From: a virus
Taxonomy: Duplodnaviria > Caudoviricetes
Length of the DNA: 64,000 nucleotides
Reading direction: 5' to 3' (one strand)
Virus record (IMG/VR): IMGVR_UViG_3300028640_000004
Location: 1 to 64,000 of that record
Shown here: in pieces, positions 17,739 to 27,500 of the stretch
How the letters are laid out: each line of letters opens with the position of its first letter
Numbering within the stretch: position 1 is the first letter of the stretch
Position numbers and translations under genes: made by a program
The notes under the pieces: model-generated
Told to the model about the DNA's origin: nothing
What the model saw: only the letters and a program-made list of their open reading frames with translations
Databases searched by the model: none

Positions 17739-20227
17739 TGAATGAACAAAGCTTATTTAAGAGCGCATTAGAAGCACAAGCTAGACATATTAAATTTCTT
17801 CAAGCTACAGAGGGGAATGTGTCTACTTATTACTTCGGAAAGAAGGTGAATATGCATGCCAATTCATCTACTTTATTTCCAAGGATCAACTTAGTTGATA
17901 CTATAATGATGAACAAGCCCAATCCATACAATCCTATGCAATTCTTATTGAATGCATTCGTTGATGAGATTGTTGAATCACAATGGAGCATAGACATAGA
18001 GTCTAGTCTTAATGGGCAAGAACTTCTTACTGATATGTGGGAGAAGAAACTGGAACATATTCATAAGAAAAGTAAGAGACGAGTTAACTTAAGACGATTA
18101 ATCCTTGAGATGTTCTTTCATGGATATTTTGGTTTGTATTTCGATGGAAATAAATGGTATCCATTGACAGCTTATGATATTATTCCAGGTGATTCTTCTA
18201 TTCCTACATATGAAGATCAGCCTTTTATAGTAAGGCTTACTAAAGTACCTAAGAAATATATTGTTGATTCTCTTAATTATAATAAAGATTGTGATAGTTT
18301 CTTAGGAGCAATAGAAGATCTAGATAACGTGGTTATCTATGATATATGGTGTAAAGCATTAGATCTTAATGTTGCTTATTTACAGAATGGAAAGATGTTA
18401 TATAAACAGAAGTTTCCTTCTCCTAAAAGATATCCTTTCTTTGGAGCTATAGATACTGAATTACTTAATTCATTTTATACTGTGCCAGTAACTCTTGTTC
18501 TTACAGAGCTGCTTGATAAGTTTCAAAAGTCAGTAGGTGCTATTGATAAGAATGCTAAGTCTATAGCTAATCCTTTATTGGTTTATGACATCGACTCTGG
18601 TATTGATATCAACCAGGTAGTAGAAAGAATGCAACAAGATTATAAGCAGATCATAGTAGGAAAGAATCGTGAGGGAGAGATCGGATATAAGGCTCCTGGT
18701 CAAATACCTCAGTACGCTGTTAATATGCCAGAGATTTTTCAATCTCAAATGATGAGACATCTCGGAATAAATGATGCTTTCTTAGGTAATCCTATGGCTG
18801 GTGTTAGGGAAAGAGGAGCTTTGACTAACCTTATCAAGGCTTCATTCAGAAAACTTGAAGCTAAGGTAATCTTAATAGAAGAGGCTTTTACTGATATGGA
18901 TAACTATATCCTTGATTACTATGATGCTCATCAGAATAAGTTCAAGGAACAATTCGGATTAAGAAGCCCTACTGAATTCTTTGTAGGAAGTAAGCTTACT
19001 GCTGAGGATTACTTAGTAGAATTTTCTAATAAGGATACTAGTGAAGAAAAGAATATGACTCTTAATAAGTTTAGAGCCGGTCTTATCTCGCAATCAGAAG
19101 CTCTTAAAGCTTTGGGACATAAGCAACCTGGAAAGATTATGAAAGAACAGGAAGAAGAGTCTCTTAATAGAGAACTTATCAAGGCTAAGACACAGATGGA
19201 GATTAGGAAATTACTACAGAAAGATACTATTACCTTAGTATTTGAGAAGCTTAAGGGTAGATTACAATATAAGTTCTGGACTACTCCTATAGAAGGTAAT
19301 AAGGTTCTTGTTAAGGTAAATGAAACTGATAAAGAGTTAACGGCTAAACTTTTGTTAGATATGAATGACAGAGTCTTAATAGAAGTAACAAAGGATAAAG
19401 AAGAGAGCCCATTAGATCAGGATTCTATGGAAGTAACTCCAACTCCTATGCCGTTACAGGAAGTACAACCAGAAGCTCAACCTGGTATGCAACCACAACC
19501 AGAAGCACAGCCACAACCAGAGGCTCAACCTCAACCAGAAGCTCAAGGACCTAGTAAGGAACAGATACTTATGGCAATATCAGAAGGACAGCTCAGTGAA
19601 GAGCAGGTATTAGAGCTTATTAATAGCGGTATTGTTACACAAGAAGAGGTGGCAGCTGTGATACAAGCAGCTCAACAACAAGCACAACCAACAGAAGAAG
19701 ACATGCAGAGAGGATTATCTAGTCAGATGGGTGGTGGTAGATTCGCTAGTAAAGCATCTGAATTAGCAGGTGAGAAGGGAGCTGCTCCATTCGAAAGAGA
19801 AACTAAGCCAGATGTAGATGAGCTTATAGCAGCTACACAGAAGAACAGGACTAAGGTACAGCCCACTAAAGAGATGATGAGTCTTCCTGCTCTGTACTTT
19901 AATGAGCCTATTGCTAAGAATCTTGCAGATGGAAAGCAGGTTGTCTTCTTAAAGCCAAAGAAGATGCCTGAATTATTAGAAGAACAATACTTATTAGCTG
20001 GTAAGAAGGTTTATGGAATTGTAACAGTACGTGAAATAGTTGATGATTTTGATTTCGTTAATGACTTTAAATATCATCAGATGAGTGATGCATCTAGACA
20101 GAAGAACTGGGGAGATGCTCCATTGTTCATGTATATCTTTGACTTTCAGGAGTTTAATAGACCAGTAGATTATACACCAGAGCCTGGTGCTAAGAATATA
20201 ATCAACATAAAGAATCCAAAGATATGA
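17738..20227 (+). CDS. Portal protein with Q/P/E-rich linker and C-terminal ASCH/PUA-like domain
   Basis: Position after TerL; N-terminal ~490 aa portal-like; QPEAQP repeats; LYFNEPIAKNLADGKQ...VYGIV...FNRPVDY tail. Confidence 0.75.
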   Translation: MNEQSLFKSALEAQARHIKFLQATEGNVSTYYFGKKVNMHANSSTLFPRINLVDTIMMNKPNPYNPMQFLLNAFVDEIVESQWSIDIESSLNGQELLTDMWEKKLEHIHKKSKRRVNLRRLILEMFFHGYFGLYFDGNKWYPLTAYDIIPGDSSIPTYEDQPFIVRLTKVPKKYIVDSLNYNKDCDSFLGAIEDLDNVVIYDIWCKALDLNVAYLQNGKMLYKQKFPSPKRYPFFGAIDTELLNSFYTVPVTLVLTELLDKFQKSVGAIDKNAKSIANPLLVYDIDSGIDINQVVERMQQDYKQIIVGKNREGEIGYKAPGQIPQYAVNMPEIFQSQMMRHLGINDAFLGNPMAGVRERGALTNLIKASFRKLEAKVILIEEAFTDMDNYILDYYDAHQNKFKEQFGLRSPTEFFVGSKLTAEDYLVEFSNKDTSEEKNMTLNKFRAGLISQSEALKALGHKQPGKIMKEQEEESLNRELIKAKTQMEIRKLLQKDTITLVFEKLKGRLQYKFWTTPIEGNKVLVKVNETDKELTAKLLLDMNDRVLIEVTKDKEESPLDQDSMEVTPTPMPLQEVQPEAQPGMQPQPEAQPQPEAQPQPEAQGPSKEQILMAISEGQLSEEQVLELINSGIVTQEEVAAVIQAAQQQAQPTEEDMQRGLSSQMGGGRFASKASELAGEKGAAPFERETKPDVDELIAATQKNRTKVQPTKEMMSLPALYFNEPIAKNLADGKQVVFLKPKKMPELLEEQYLLAGKKVYGIVTVREIVDDFDFVNDFKYHQMSDASRQKNWGDAPLFMYIFDFQEFNRPVDYTPEPGAKNIINIKNPKI
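19460..19546 (+). repeat. Coding tandem repeat (QPEAQP)n in the portal linker
   Basis: caaccagaagc(t/a)ca repeats, about 18-nt period. Confidence 0.8.
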
Positions 20228-21732
20228 GCAATATACTAGAAGATTTAAAGAATGCTATTAATAATCTTATTAATAATAAGCAGGCAGTAAATACACAACT
20301 ACCAACACAGCCATATGCCAACATAGGAATAAAGGCAAATATGGAAAAATATAACAATAAGTCTGTTGGTAGTAGTGCTTCTGGAGGTGGTGGAAATAGT
20401 TTGGGAAATACTACTCCAGCTAAAATGCCCTATTTTAAGAATCCATACATCAGTAATGTTACTTATCCAACAAATACACAAAAAGTTATTACACCTACTC
20501 TAAGTCAAGAACAGGTAGTGAATCCAATAACTCCATATAACCCAACTAGTAGTGGTGTTCCTAAGCCAGAAGAGCAAAGTCCTATTAAAGAAGAAGCGAA
20601 GGTATCTTCGTCTGATAAGGCTGTAGATGTTCCGGTAAAAAAGGAATATAAATTACTGAAGACTGATACTGAGAAGAGTAATCTTTATAGATGGGCTAAT
20701 AGTATAGGTATTAAAGACCCGATGGCTTTAGATTCTGGTTATGATATAGAGAAGGCTTATGTAGATTTCCTTGCAGGTAAAGATGTGAAAGACCTTAGTA
20801 GTTATAAAGAGGTTATAAGTACTAACAAACAAGCTACTCAAGGCAATGTTAATCCATTACAAGTCGCAGCTAATAATTACAAGCTTCCTAATATCTCTGA
20901 TATAAATCATTCTATTCTTAATAAGCTGAATCTTACCACAATCAAAGGATTAACTCCTGAAAAGATTATAGAGACAGAGAATAATCTTAAGAATACATGG
21001 GGTTCTATTCCTGGCTTAGTTCAACATATTCAAAAGGAGTATATAGATAAAGGAAAGAAGCCGCCATCTGCTTTATTTACTGAGATATATAATAACTATA
21101 ACGATAAGATTAAGAACGATAGTTACTTTACAGCATATGATAAAGTAACTAAGATGTTAAATCTTACACCTACTATTCCTAAGCCAGCTACGACTAATAT
21201 AACTAATATTACAATAGAAGATCCTCTTCTTAAGAGAGTAAAGGCTGGAGAGGGTAAGATTACTACGACTAGTATCCCTCTGATTGATTATAAAAATATA
21301 GAATCTTTAAAGAATTTACCTCAGACGGATATATCAGCCTTAGAGAATATTATTAAGACGCAGTATGGTTCTCTTAAAGCTTATGCAGATGAGCTTAAGA
21401 AATCAACTGATAAGCTTACTGATTATCAGATATGGATAAGAGATAATCTAGGAAGTAAACCAGAAGAGACTAAGACTGAAGAAGAAACTAAGGAAGAAGA
21501 AGAGGTTGTTAAAGAAGAAGAAGTTATTAAGAAGCTAGAGAATCTTAATCAATTAGATGATCCAGCTCTTAAGGCTTATTCGATAAGTAAACTAAGAGAT
21601 CTTTCAGCTAAGTATCTTAGTCAGTATGGATCATTTGAAGCTATGGCTAAGAAGTTAATAGGACAAGAACTTAGTGATCCAGTAAGAAGAGCTGTATATA
21701 ACTATTATTACCCGGTTAAATTAAAAAAATAA
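20224..21732 (+). CDS. Putative virion/internal protein (low-complexity N-terminus)
   Basis: Between portal and scaffold; no motif recognised. Confidence 0.55.
   Translation: MSNILEDLKNAINNLINNKQAVNTQLPTQPYANIGIKANMEKYNNKSVGSSASGGGGNSLGNTTPAKMPYFKNPYISNVTYPTNTQKVITPTLSQEQVVNPITPYNPTSSGVPKPEEQSPIKEEAKVSSSDKAVDVPVKKEYKLLKTDTEKSNLYRWANSIGIKDPMALDSGYDIEKAYVDFLAGKDVKDLSSYKEVISTNKQATQGNVNPLQVAANNYKLPNISDINHSILNKLNLTTIKGLTPEKIIETENNLKNTWGSIPGLVQHIQKEYIDKGKKPPSALFTEIYNNYNDKIKNDSYFTAYDKVTKMLNLTPTIPKPATTNITNITIEDPLLKRVKAGEGKITTTSIPLIDYKNIESLKNLPQTDISALENIIKTQYGSLKAYADELKKSTDKLTDYQIWIRDNLGSKPEETKTEEETKEEEEVVKEEEVIKKLENLNQLDDPALKAYSISKLRDLSAKYLSQYGSFEAMAKKLIGQELSDPVRRAVYNYYYPVKLKK
20597..20610. repeat. 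Dispersed palindrome copy 3: CGAAGGTATCTTCG (inside CDS)
   Basis: Arms intact, central variant. Confidence 0.75.
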
Positions 21733-21733
21733 T

Positions 21734-21958
21734 ATGTTTAAAAAATATACAAAAGAAGAGCAAGCCAAGAATTATGCTAAGGCATCTAAGGAAAAAGGTA
21801 AGAATAAACTTGGATCAGGTAATAGATTTAAGAAGTTATCTGCCGAACTATCCAAGAAAGGAGTCAAGAAACCAGGTGCACTTGCTGCTTGGATAGGACG
21901 TAATAAGTATGGCAGTAAGAATATGGCTAAGCTATCTTCTAAAGGTAAAGGAGCGTAG
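21734..21958 (+). CDS. Small basic protein (possible DNA-condensing head protein)
   Basis: Lys-rich; GNRFKKL...PGALAAWIGRNKYG. Confidence 0.6.
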   Translation: MFKKYTKEEQAKNYAKASKEKGKNKLGSGNRFKKLSAELSKKGVKKPGALAAWIGRNKYGSKNMAKLSSKGKGA

Positions 21959-21964
21959 TGTTAT

Positions 21965-21994
21965 TTGACAGAAAATATTAGTTATAAATATAAT
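21965..21994 (+). promoter_or_regulatory. Sigma70-type promoter for scaffold/capsid
   Basis: TTGACA-N18-TATAAT; flanks TTTGACAGAAA and TATAATATAAGTAT identical to the 15321 promoter. Confidence 0.8.
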
Positions 21995-22007
21995 ATAAGT
22001 ATAAATT

Positions 22008-22802
22008 ATGCCAGATAAAAACTTTGAAGACTTGGATGAGTTTGAGCAGATAGAGTTTCTTAAGACTCAACTCGATCAAGAAAAAAAAGCAAACGGAGAT
22101 AATTCTTCAGTAATCGAAAGTCTTAATACTAGGATAATCGAACTAGAAGAACAAAATAACATAATAAATAAAACACTTGAGGAGCAATTAAAAGCTGCCC
22201 AAGCTAACAACAATATGCCAGAAGAATCAAAACCAAATGATGTTAAAGATCCAGTAATTAATCCAGAAGTGACTCCACCTGCTAATCCTACTCCTACTCC
22301 GGAGCCAGTAAAGCCAGTGGATACTACTCCTGATCCAGTTGCAGAACCAAAGCCAGTTGATCCAGGAATTAATCCTGAAGTAATTAAGTCTTTGGAAGAA
22401 AGAATTGTAGCTATGGAACAAGAGAAGGCAATGGAAAGATTTAATTCAGATTTGGATAGAGTGATGAAGGAGTATCCTAATGCAGTTAAGGAAAAGATTC
22501 TAGTAGAGATGGCAAATAATCAAGGCAAAGCTATTGATGATATTGCTAAAGAGTCTCATGAAGCAGAGACAGCTAGGATTGAAAAACTGAAAGAGGATTT
22601 ATTAAAAGAAAAGGAAGCTGAGATCACGGAGCGAGTTAAGAAAGAACTTGAGGGCGGCAATGTCCTACCTCAGTCTCCAGGATCAGTACCTGTTGACCCT
22701 GCCGAAACTAGTAAAGCGTCTACGTTAACACGTGGACAACAACTAAGTAACGAATGGGCAGCTGCGGTTAAGAAGGCTAAATCAAGCATTTCTGAGTCGT
22801 AG
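22008..22802 (+). CDS. Capsid scaffolding protein (putative)
   Basis: Acidic coiled coils, Pro-rich linker, directly upstream of MCP. Confidence 0.7.
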   Translation: MPDKNFEDLDEFEQIEFLKTQLDQEKKANGDNSSVIESLNTRIIELEEQNNIINKTLEEQLKAAQANNNMPEESKPNDVKDPVINPEVTPPANPTPTPEPVKPVDTTPDPVAEPKPVDPGINPEVIKSLEERIVAMEQEKAMERFNSDLDRVMKEYPNAVKEKILVEMANNQGKAIDDIAKESHEAETARIEKLKEDLLKEKEAEITERVKKELEGGNVLPQSPGSVPVDPAETSKASTLTRGQQLSNEWAAAVKKAKSSISES

Positions 22803-22843
22803 TATTGTTATAGATAGTTAATAACAAGTAAATATAAATATAC

Positions 22844-24097
22844 ATGATAGAGCAACTTAACGTTGTTACTAGGGAAAATTTCATGCCCTTGGTAACTAAT
22901 CAGGTTTTTCAAGGATCTCCTATACTAGAAAAGATCTTTGGCATTTCTCAAGAAGGTGACTTCGGAATGGCGACTCCATCTTTGGATGGTAGAGCAATTA
23001 TCGAAACCCTTGAGATCGGATCAGTAAATGAAGAGGCTGCAACTCCTTATGCAACTGGAACAGTATCCGCAACTAAGGGATCAACTACTGTTACTGGTGC
23101 TGGTGGCGCAAGCTTTACAGCAGGTATGGCTAATAGAGGATCTATTTCCATTACCGATGGTGCAGTTTACAAGATTAAGAGCGTGACTGATGCAACTCAT
23201 CTTGAATTGGAAATTCCATTTGCACAAACAACCGTTAGTGGAAAGGCATTCCAAATCGATTACTTTCAAACAGTAACCGGAACATCTGGGTCTTATGGAA
23301 GAACAGATACTTTTGTTGCTGGAGATGAGGACACATTGGCAGGTGCTTCTTACACTTGGAAGATGTACCAAGCAAGTGTGAAGATACACAACATCGACAT
23401 TAAGCAGAATTCAGGAAAGTCTAGGGTCATAGATCTAGCTGCTCAGAGGCTTATGTCTGGAACTAAGCAACTTAAGAGGAACTTAGTATCAGATTTCTAT
23501 AGCTCTCAAGTAGATGGTGGCAATGGAATGATCGGATTAAGAGGAATCTGTGCTAGCTCTGGAATTGTCGGTACTATCGACAAACAGACTTATGCATGGT
23601 GGCAAGGGTATAGGGACGTAGCAGCTAGTACATCTAGAGATCTTTCATGGGATCTATTGAACTCAGCTTACTACGGAACCAAGACCTATGGTAACGGTGA
23701 TCCTGCTAGCCTGATTGTTACTAGTGATGGAGTAATCCAAAACTATGAGAACAACTTGACTAAGACTGTGGTTACTGGAACCGCTGGCAATAGGTACGAG
23801 AGTATTATTGCTACTAGGGCTCTTGATGAAAAGACAGTAGATGCAGGTTTGACTGGATTCAAGTTTAAAGGAATCGAAATGATCTCTGATCCATTAATTC
23901 CAACACTTGATAAGGCATTCTTCATCAACTTGAATTACATTTTCTGGAGAGTGTTACAAGCATTCCAATCAACAGGATGGCAAGACCTTAAGACTTCTCA
24001 AAACAAGGATTGGTGTCAGTTGACTATCAATGGCTACGGCGCATTGACAACTAACTGCTGCTCTAAGTTCGGAGTCATCGAGGATTTGAATCAGTAA
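22844..24097 (+). CDS. Major capsid protein (HK97 fold) with ~75-aa inserted beta-domain
   Basis: VTRENFMPLVTNQVF..SPIL, GSY..TDT...ASYTWKMYQASV, GMIGL, GTID..TYAWW, GFKFKGIEMISD. Confidence 0.85.
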   Translation: MIEQLNVVTRENFMPLVTNQVFQGSPILEKIFGISQEGDFGMATPSLDGRAIIETLEIGSVNEEAATPYATGTVSATKGSTTVTGAGGASFTAGMANRGSISITDGAVYKIKSVTDATHLELEIPFAQTTVSGKAFQIDYFQTVTGTSGSYGRTDTFVAGDEDTLAGASYTWKMYQASVKIHNIDIKQNSGKSRVIDLAAQRLMSGTKQLKRNLVSDFYSSQVDGGNGMIGLRGICASSGIVGTIDKQTYAWWQGYRDVAASTSRDLSWDLLNSAYYGTKTYGNGDPASLIVTSDGVIQNYENNLTKTVVTGTAGNRYESIIATRALDEKTVDAGLTGFKFKGIEMISDPLIPTLDKAFFINLNYIFWRVLQAFQSTGWQDLKTSQNKDWCQLTINGYGALTTNCCSKFGVIEDLNQ

Positions 24098-24105
24098 GAT
24101 TCAAT

Positions 24106-24153
24106 AAGTAAGCAGGTTGCATTATGGAGAGGTTCGAATCCTCTCCTTACTTC
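24106..24153 (+). ncRNA. tRNA-like mini-element (acceptor + T arm, no anticodon arm)
   Basis: AAGTAA/TTACTT stem stacked on GGAGAGG-TTCGAAT-CCTCTCC; short GCA-GGT-TGC hairpin as connector. Confidence 0.6.
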
Positions 24154-24154
24154 T

Positions 24155-24568
24155 ATGAAAATATATATTTACCCATTAAAGGGCTATGTAGCAGAGTTAT
24201 TATTATCTAGGTCAGTAGAGATAGCAGATGAAGGCGATTCATGTGATGTTTTATTCTATACAGGTAGTAGTATAAATGATCTTAGACGGCTTGTTAAAGA
24301 AACAAAATGTTCTTGTGTGGTATGTAATAATATAGAGCCGACTGTTTATGAGAATTTCTTCTGGATATATCATAAGCATATCGACTTGAATTCTCTTTTA
24401 AGTCCTGGTATCATAAGTACAAACAGTGATATTTTAGCTCAAGAACTTTATAGAATTCTTAGCATTCAGGCGGATATAGATTATAAACAAAAACCTGAAA
24501 AGGTTAAGTTCAATGGCAATCTATCTGATACATGGATTAAGATCAAGAAGATTATGCTATGGGCTTAA
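24155..24568 (+). CDS. Hypothetical protein
   Basis: ORF track. Confidence 0.65.
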   Translation: MKIYIYPLKGYVAELLLSRSVEIADEGDSCDVLFYTGSSINDLRRLVKETKCSCVVCNNIEPTVYENFFWIYHKHIDLNSLLSPGIISTNSDILAQELYRILSIQADIDYKQKPEKVKFNGNLSDTWIKIKKIMLWA

Positions 24569-24583
24569 TGTAATATAATATAG

Positions 24584-27500
24584 ATGGAAGTAAAGAAACA
24601 TATAGTTAAGGCAGGCGAAAACCTAGATTCAGTAGCAAAACAGTATAATCTTAAGACTGGTGATCTAGCTAGATGGAATGCCATACTAGATAATAACTCT
24701 ATCAAAGAGGGACAAGAGTTGAATTTAGCATGGACCAGTGAGCTACCATTACAGATTAAGGTTGGTAAAGATAATAAACTAGAAGCTTATGCCAAGCAAT
24801 TTAATGTTTCTGTAGATAGGTTGAAGAAAATAAATAATCTAGATACTGATGATGTTTCAGCTGGAACTATATTAACCATCTATAATCCCGCTCGTAATGA
24901 ATGGCTTGAAGCTAAGCCAGATGATACTCTAGATACTATAGCTAAGAGATATGATATTACTAAAGAGAGATTAATAGAACTTAATCCTAGATTTACATGG
25001 AAAGAACTTAAAGCGGGTGATTACGTCATGCTGCCTAGGGAAGGTATATATCAATATAAAGAACCAGAAGTTCCTAAGATAGAGAAGGCAAAAACGAAGA
25101 TACCTTCGCTTCCTAGTTATTCTATTCCTAAGACTACTAAGACAGAAGAATTAATATATCCTAAGTATAAAGAGACTAAGGAGTTTATGCCGTTTAAAAC
25201 TCAACAACCAATAGATACGGCAACATCTGTTGCCTTAGGTTGGATTCCTCTTTTGGGTGATAGATTAAAAGATTTTAACACTCAGAAGTTTCTTGAAGAT
25301 ATAACTAATGAACTCAAGGAAAAGACTGATACTTACTTATCTAATTATAAAAAAGCAGTTAAGGCTGGAGATAAACAAGAGCAATATAGACAGACTCAGA
25401 TATATAAGAACACAGTAAAAGAATATGAACGACTTACTGGTATAACTCCAAAGACTACAGATTTTGAAAAAGTTTTAAAAGATTTAAGAGATCCAGTAAA
25501 AGTTGCACGTAATAAGCAAACCTGGAATGCTGCAAGTGAATATGAACAAGGAGAATTAATAACTAAGACTGAAGTTCCATTACCAGAAGGTGGAACTATG
25601 CATGTTGTTCCAGCTAAAGATCTTGGTATTACAGACGAAGTATCAGCTTTTCAATATGAAAAGGATGCTGTTAATGAATATAATTCCTATATGCAAGAAG
25701 GAATTGATTCTGGATATATAGATAAGGAAGGAAAACAAACATCTCAAATATTAAGTTTACTTGAAAGGTTATCGTTAAAGAGCCAAACAGCCTCTACTCT
25801 TAGTCAAGTAATGCCAGCTCTTAATAGTGATATAACTACATTCTATAAAGACTTCTCTAATATCTTCGAATCTACAGATAATAATGTTAGGATAGAAAGA
25901 CAAAAGAGGTTCTTGAATAAATATAAAGACTTGTCAGTTGTAAGGGATATGTATCCACAATTCTTGGAATACAATAATCTCTTTTTAGAAAGTAATAATC
26001 TTGAGAAGAAGATAACTGATATAAGTTCAGAGCTCCAAAGCATTAAGAATTATAGAGAGATTATGACTATTCTCTCTAGTCCCAATATTACAGCAGAAGA
26101 TATAAGAGATGTTGACATAAAGCAATCTGATCTTATTAGAGTTGGTAATCTTATGGATTCCTTATCTAATTATAAGACCAAGTTAATGGCTATAACAGAT
26201 AGGACTGTTACTATGAGTTCAGATTTTGAGAACTCTCTCAATAACTTTCAGGGTATCATATCTAATTATGAAGATCAGAACAATCTTAAGAGGTTATTTA
26301 TAGAAGGCGCATCTACTGAAAGTTCTTTAGCTAGAAACATAAAGACATTAGCATTAGCTAAGTTAGATGCCGGAATAATGAGAGGTGATTCATATCAAGA
26401 TAATCAAGATATAGTTAATTACAATAATTATCTTAGATGGTCTGATAATGTTACTAAATCACAGATTAAGTTATTACAAGCTAATTACTTAGCTAATGGA
26501 TTTAGACGCATAAGTGAGATGAAGTTCGAAGAAAGAGAACAAAAGAAACTTGCTGGTTCATGGATAATGAATTGGTTTGATCCAGAGTATTCTGAATTCA
26601 ATCCCCTAGAAAAAGCACTTACATTATTAGGAACTTCTATAAACAATCTTACTAATAGTGATAAGGCTCATGAAAAAGCAGTTGGATATACTGCTATAGG
26701 ATTATTAGAAGGACTTAATTGGGCAAGTAGTGTTGTTGTAGCTGGAGTTAAGGTTCCTGCAGTATATTATGATATAGTTTCTAATTTTGGACTCGATAAG
26801 ACTACTAATGCATTGAGAGAATTAGTAGGAGATATAACTCCAGAGACAAGGATTGCTTTAGACAAAGCTTCTGATATAGCAATTGAGAATCATATAAGAT
26901 CTCAGTTTAATATAAAAAGTGCGTCTGATTTATGGAATCCATTAGGAGTTGCCTCTCAGTTATATACTGGTAATGTATTAAAGACTCCAGATGGAGTAAA
27001 GTATAAAGAGGTTTTACTTAATAAAGATGTAAATTTATTTGCTTTATTCTCTGAAAAAACAAGTGAGATGACTCGTTACTTGCAGTTAGAGGCTATGAAT
27101 CCTGATAAGGATTTGTCTAACTTAAAGAGTGGAGATGTGATTAAGATGCCTGAAACAGAAGAAGGTTACTTCTTGCCTGGACAAAGATGGGCCCAGGGTT
27201 TACTTGACCCAATTACATATCTTGAGTGGCAAATAAGAAATCCTGTAGGATTAGAATTAAGCAATCAACTCTTTGAGAATATACTTGATCCATTAAACTT
27301 TATAACTCCCGCGGGATTATTTGGTAAATTAGGTAGAGGAGTTGAAGGTATAACAATAACTCCCTATTCTTTTACTAGGAATACTATACTAGATCTTAAT
27401 AAGAAGATGCTAGTAGACTTCGAGACTAACTCATTCTTTAGGAATAAACTTAAGTGGTATAAAGATAGCTTTACTAGATGGAATGCTAAGGTAGAAGCTT

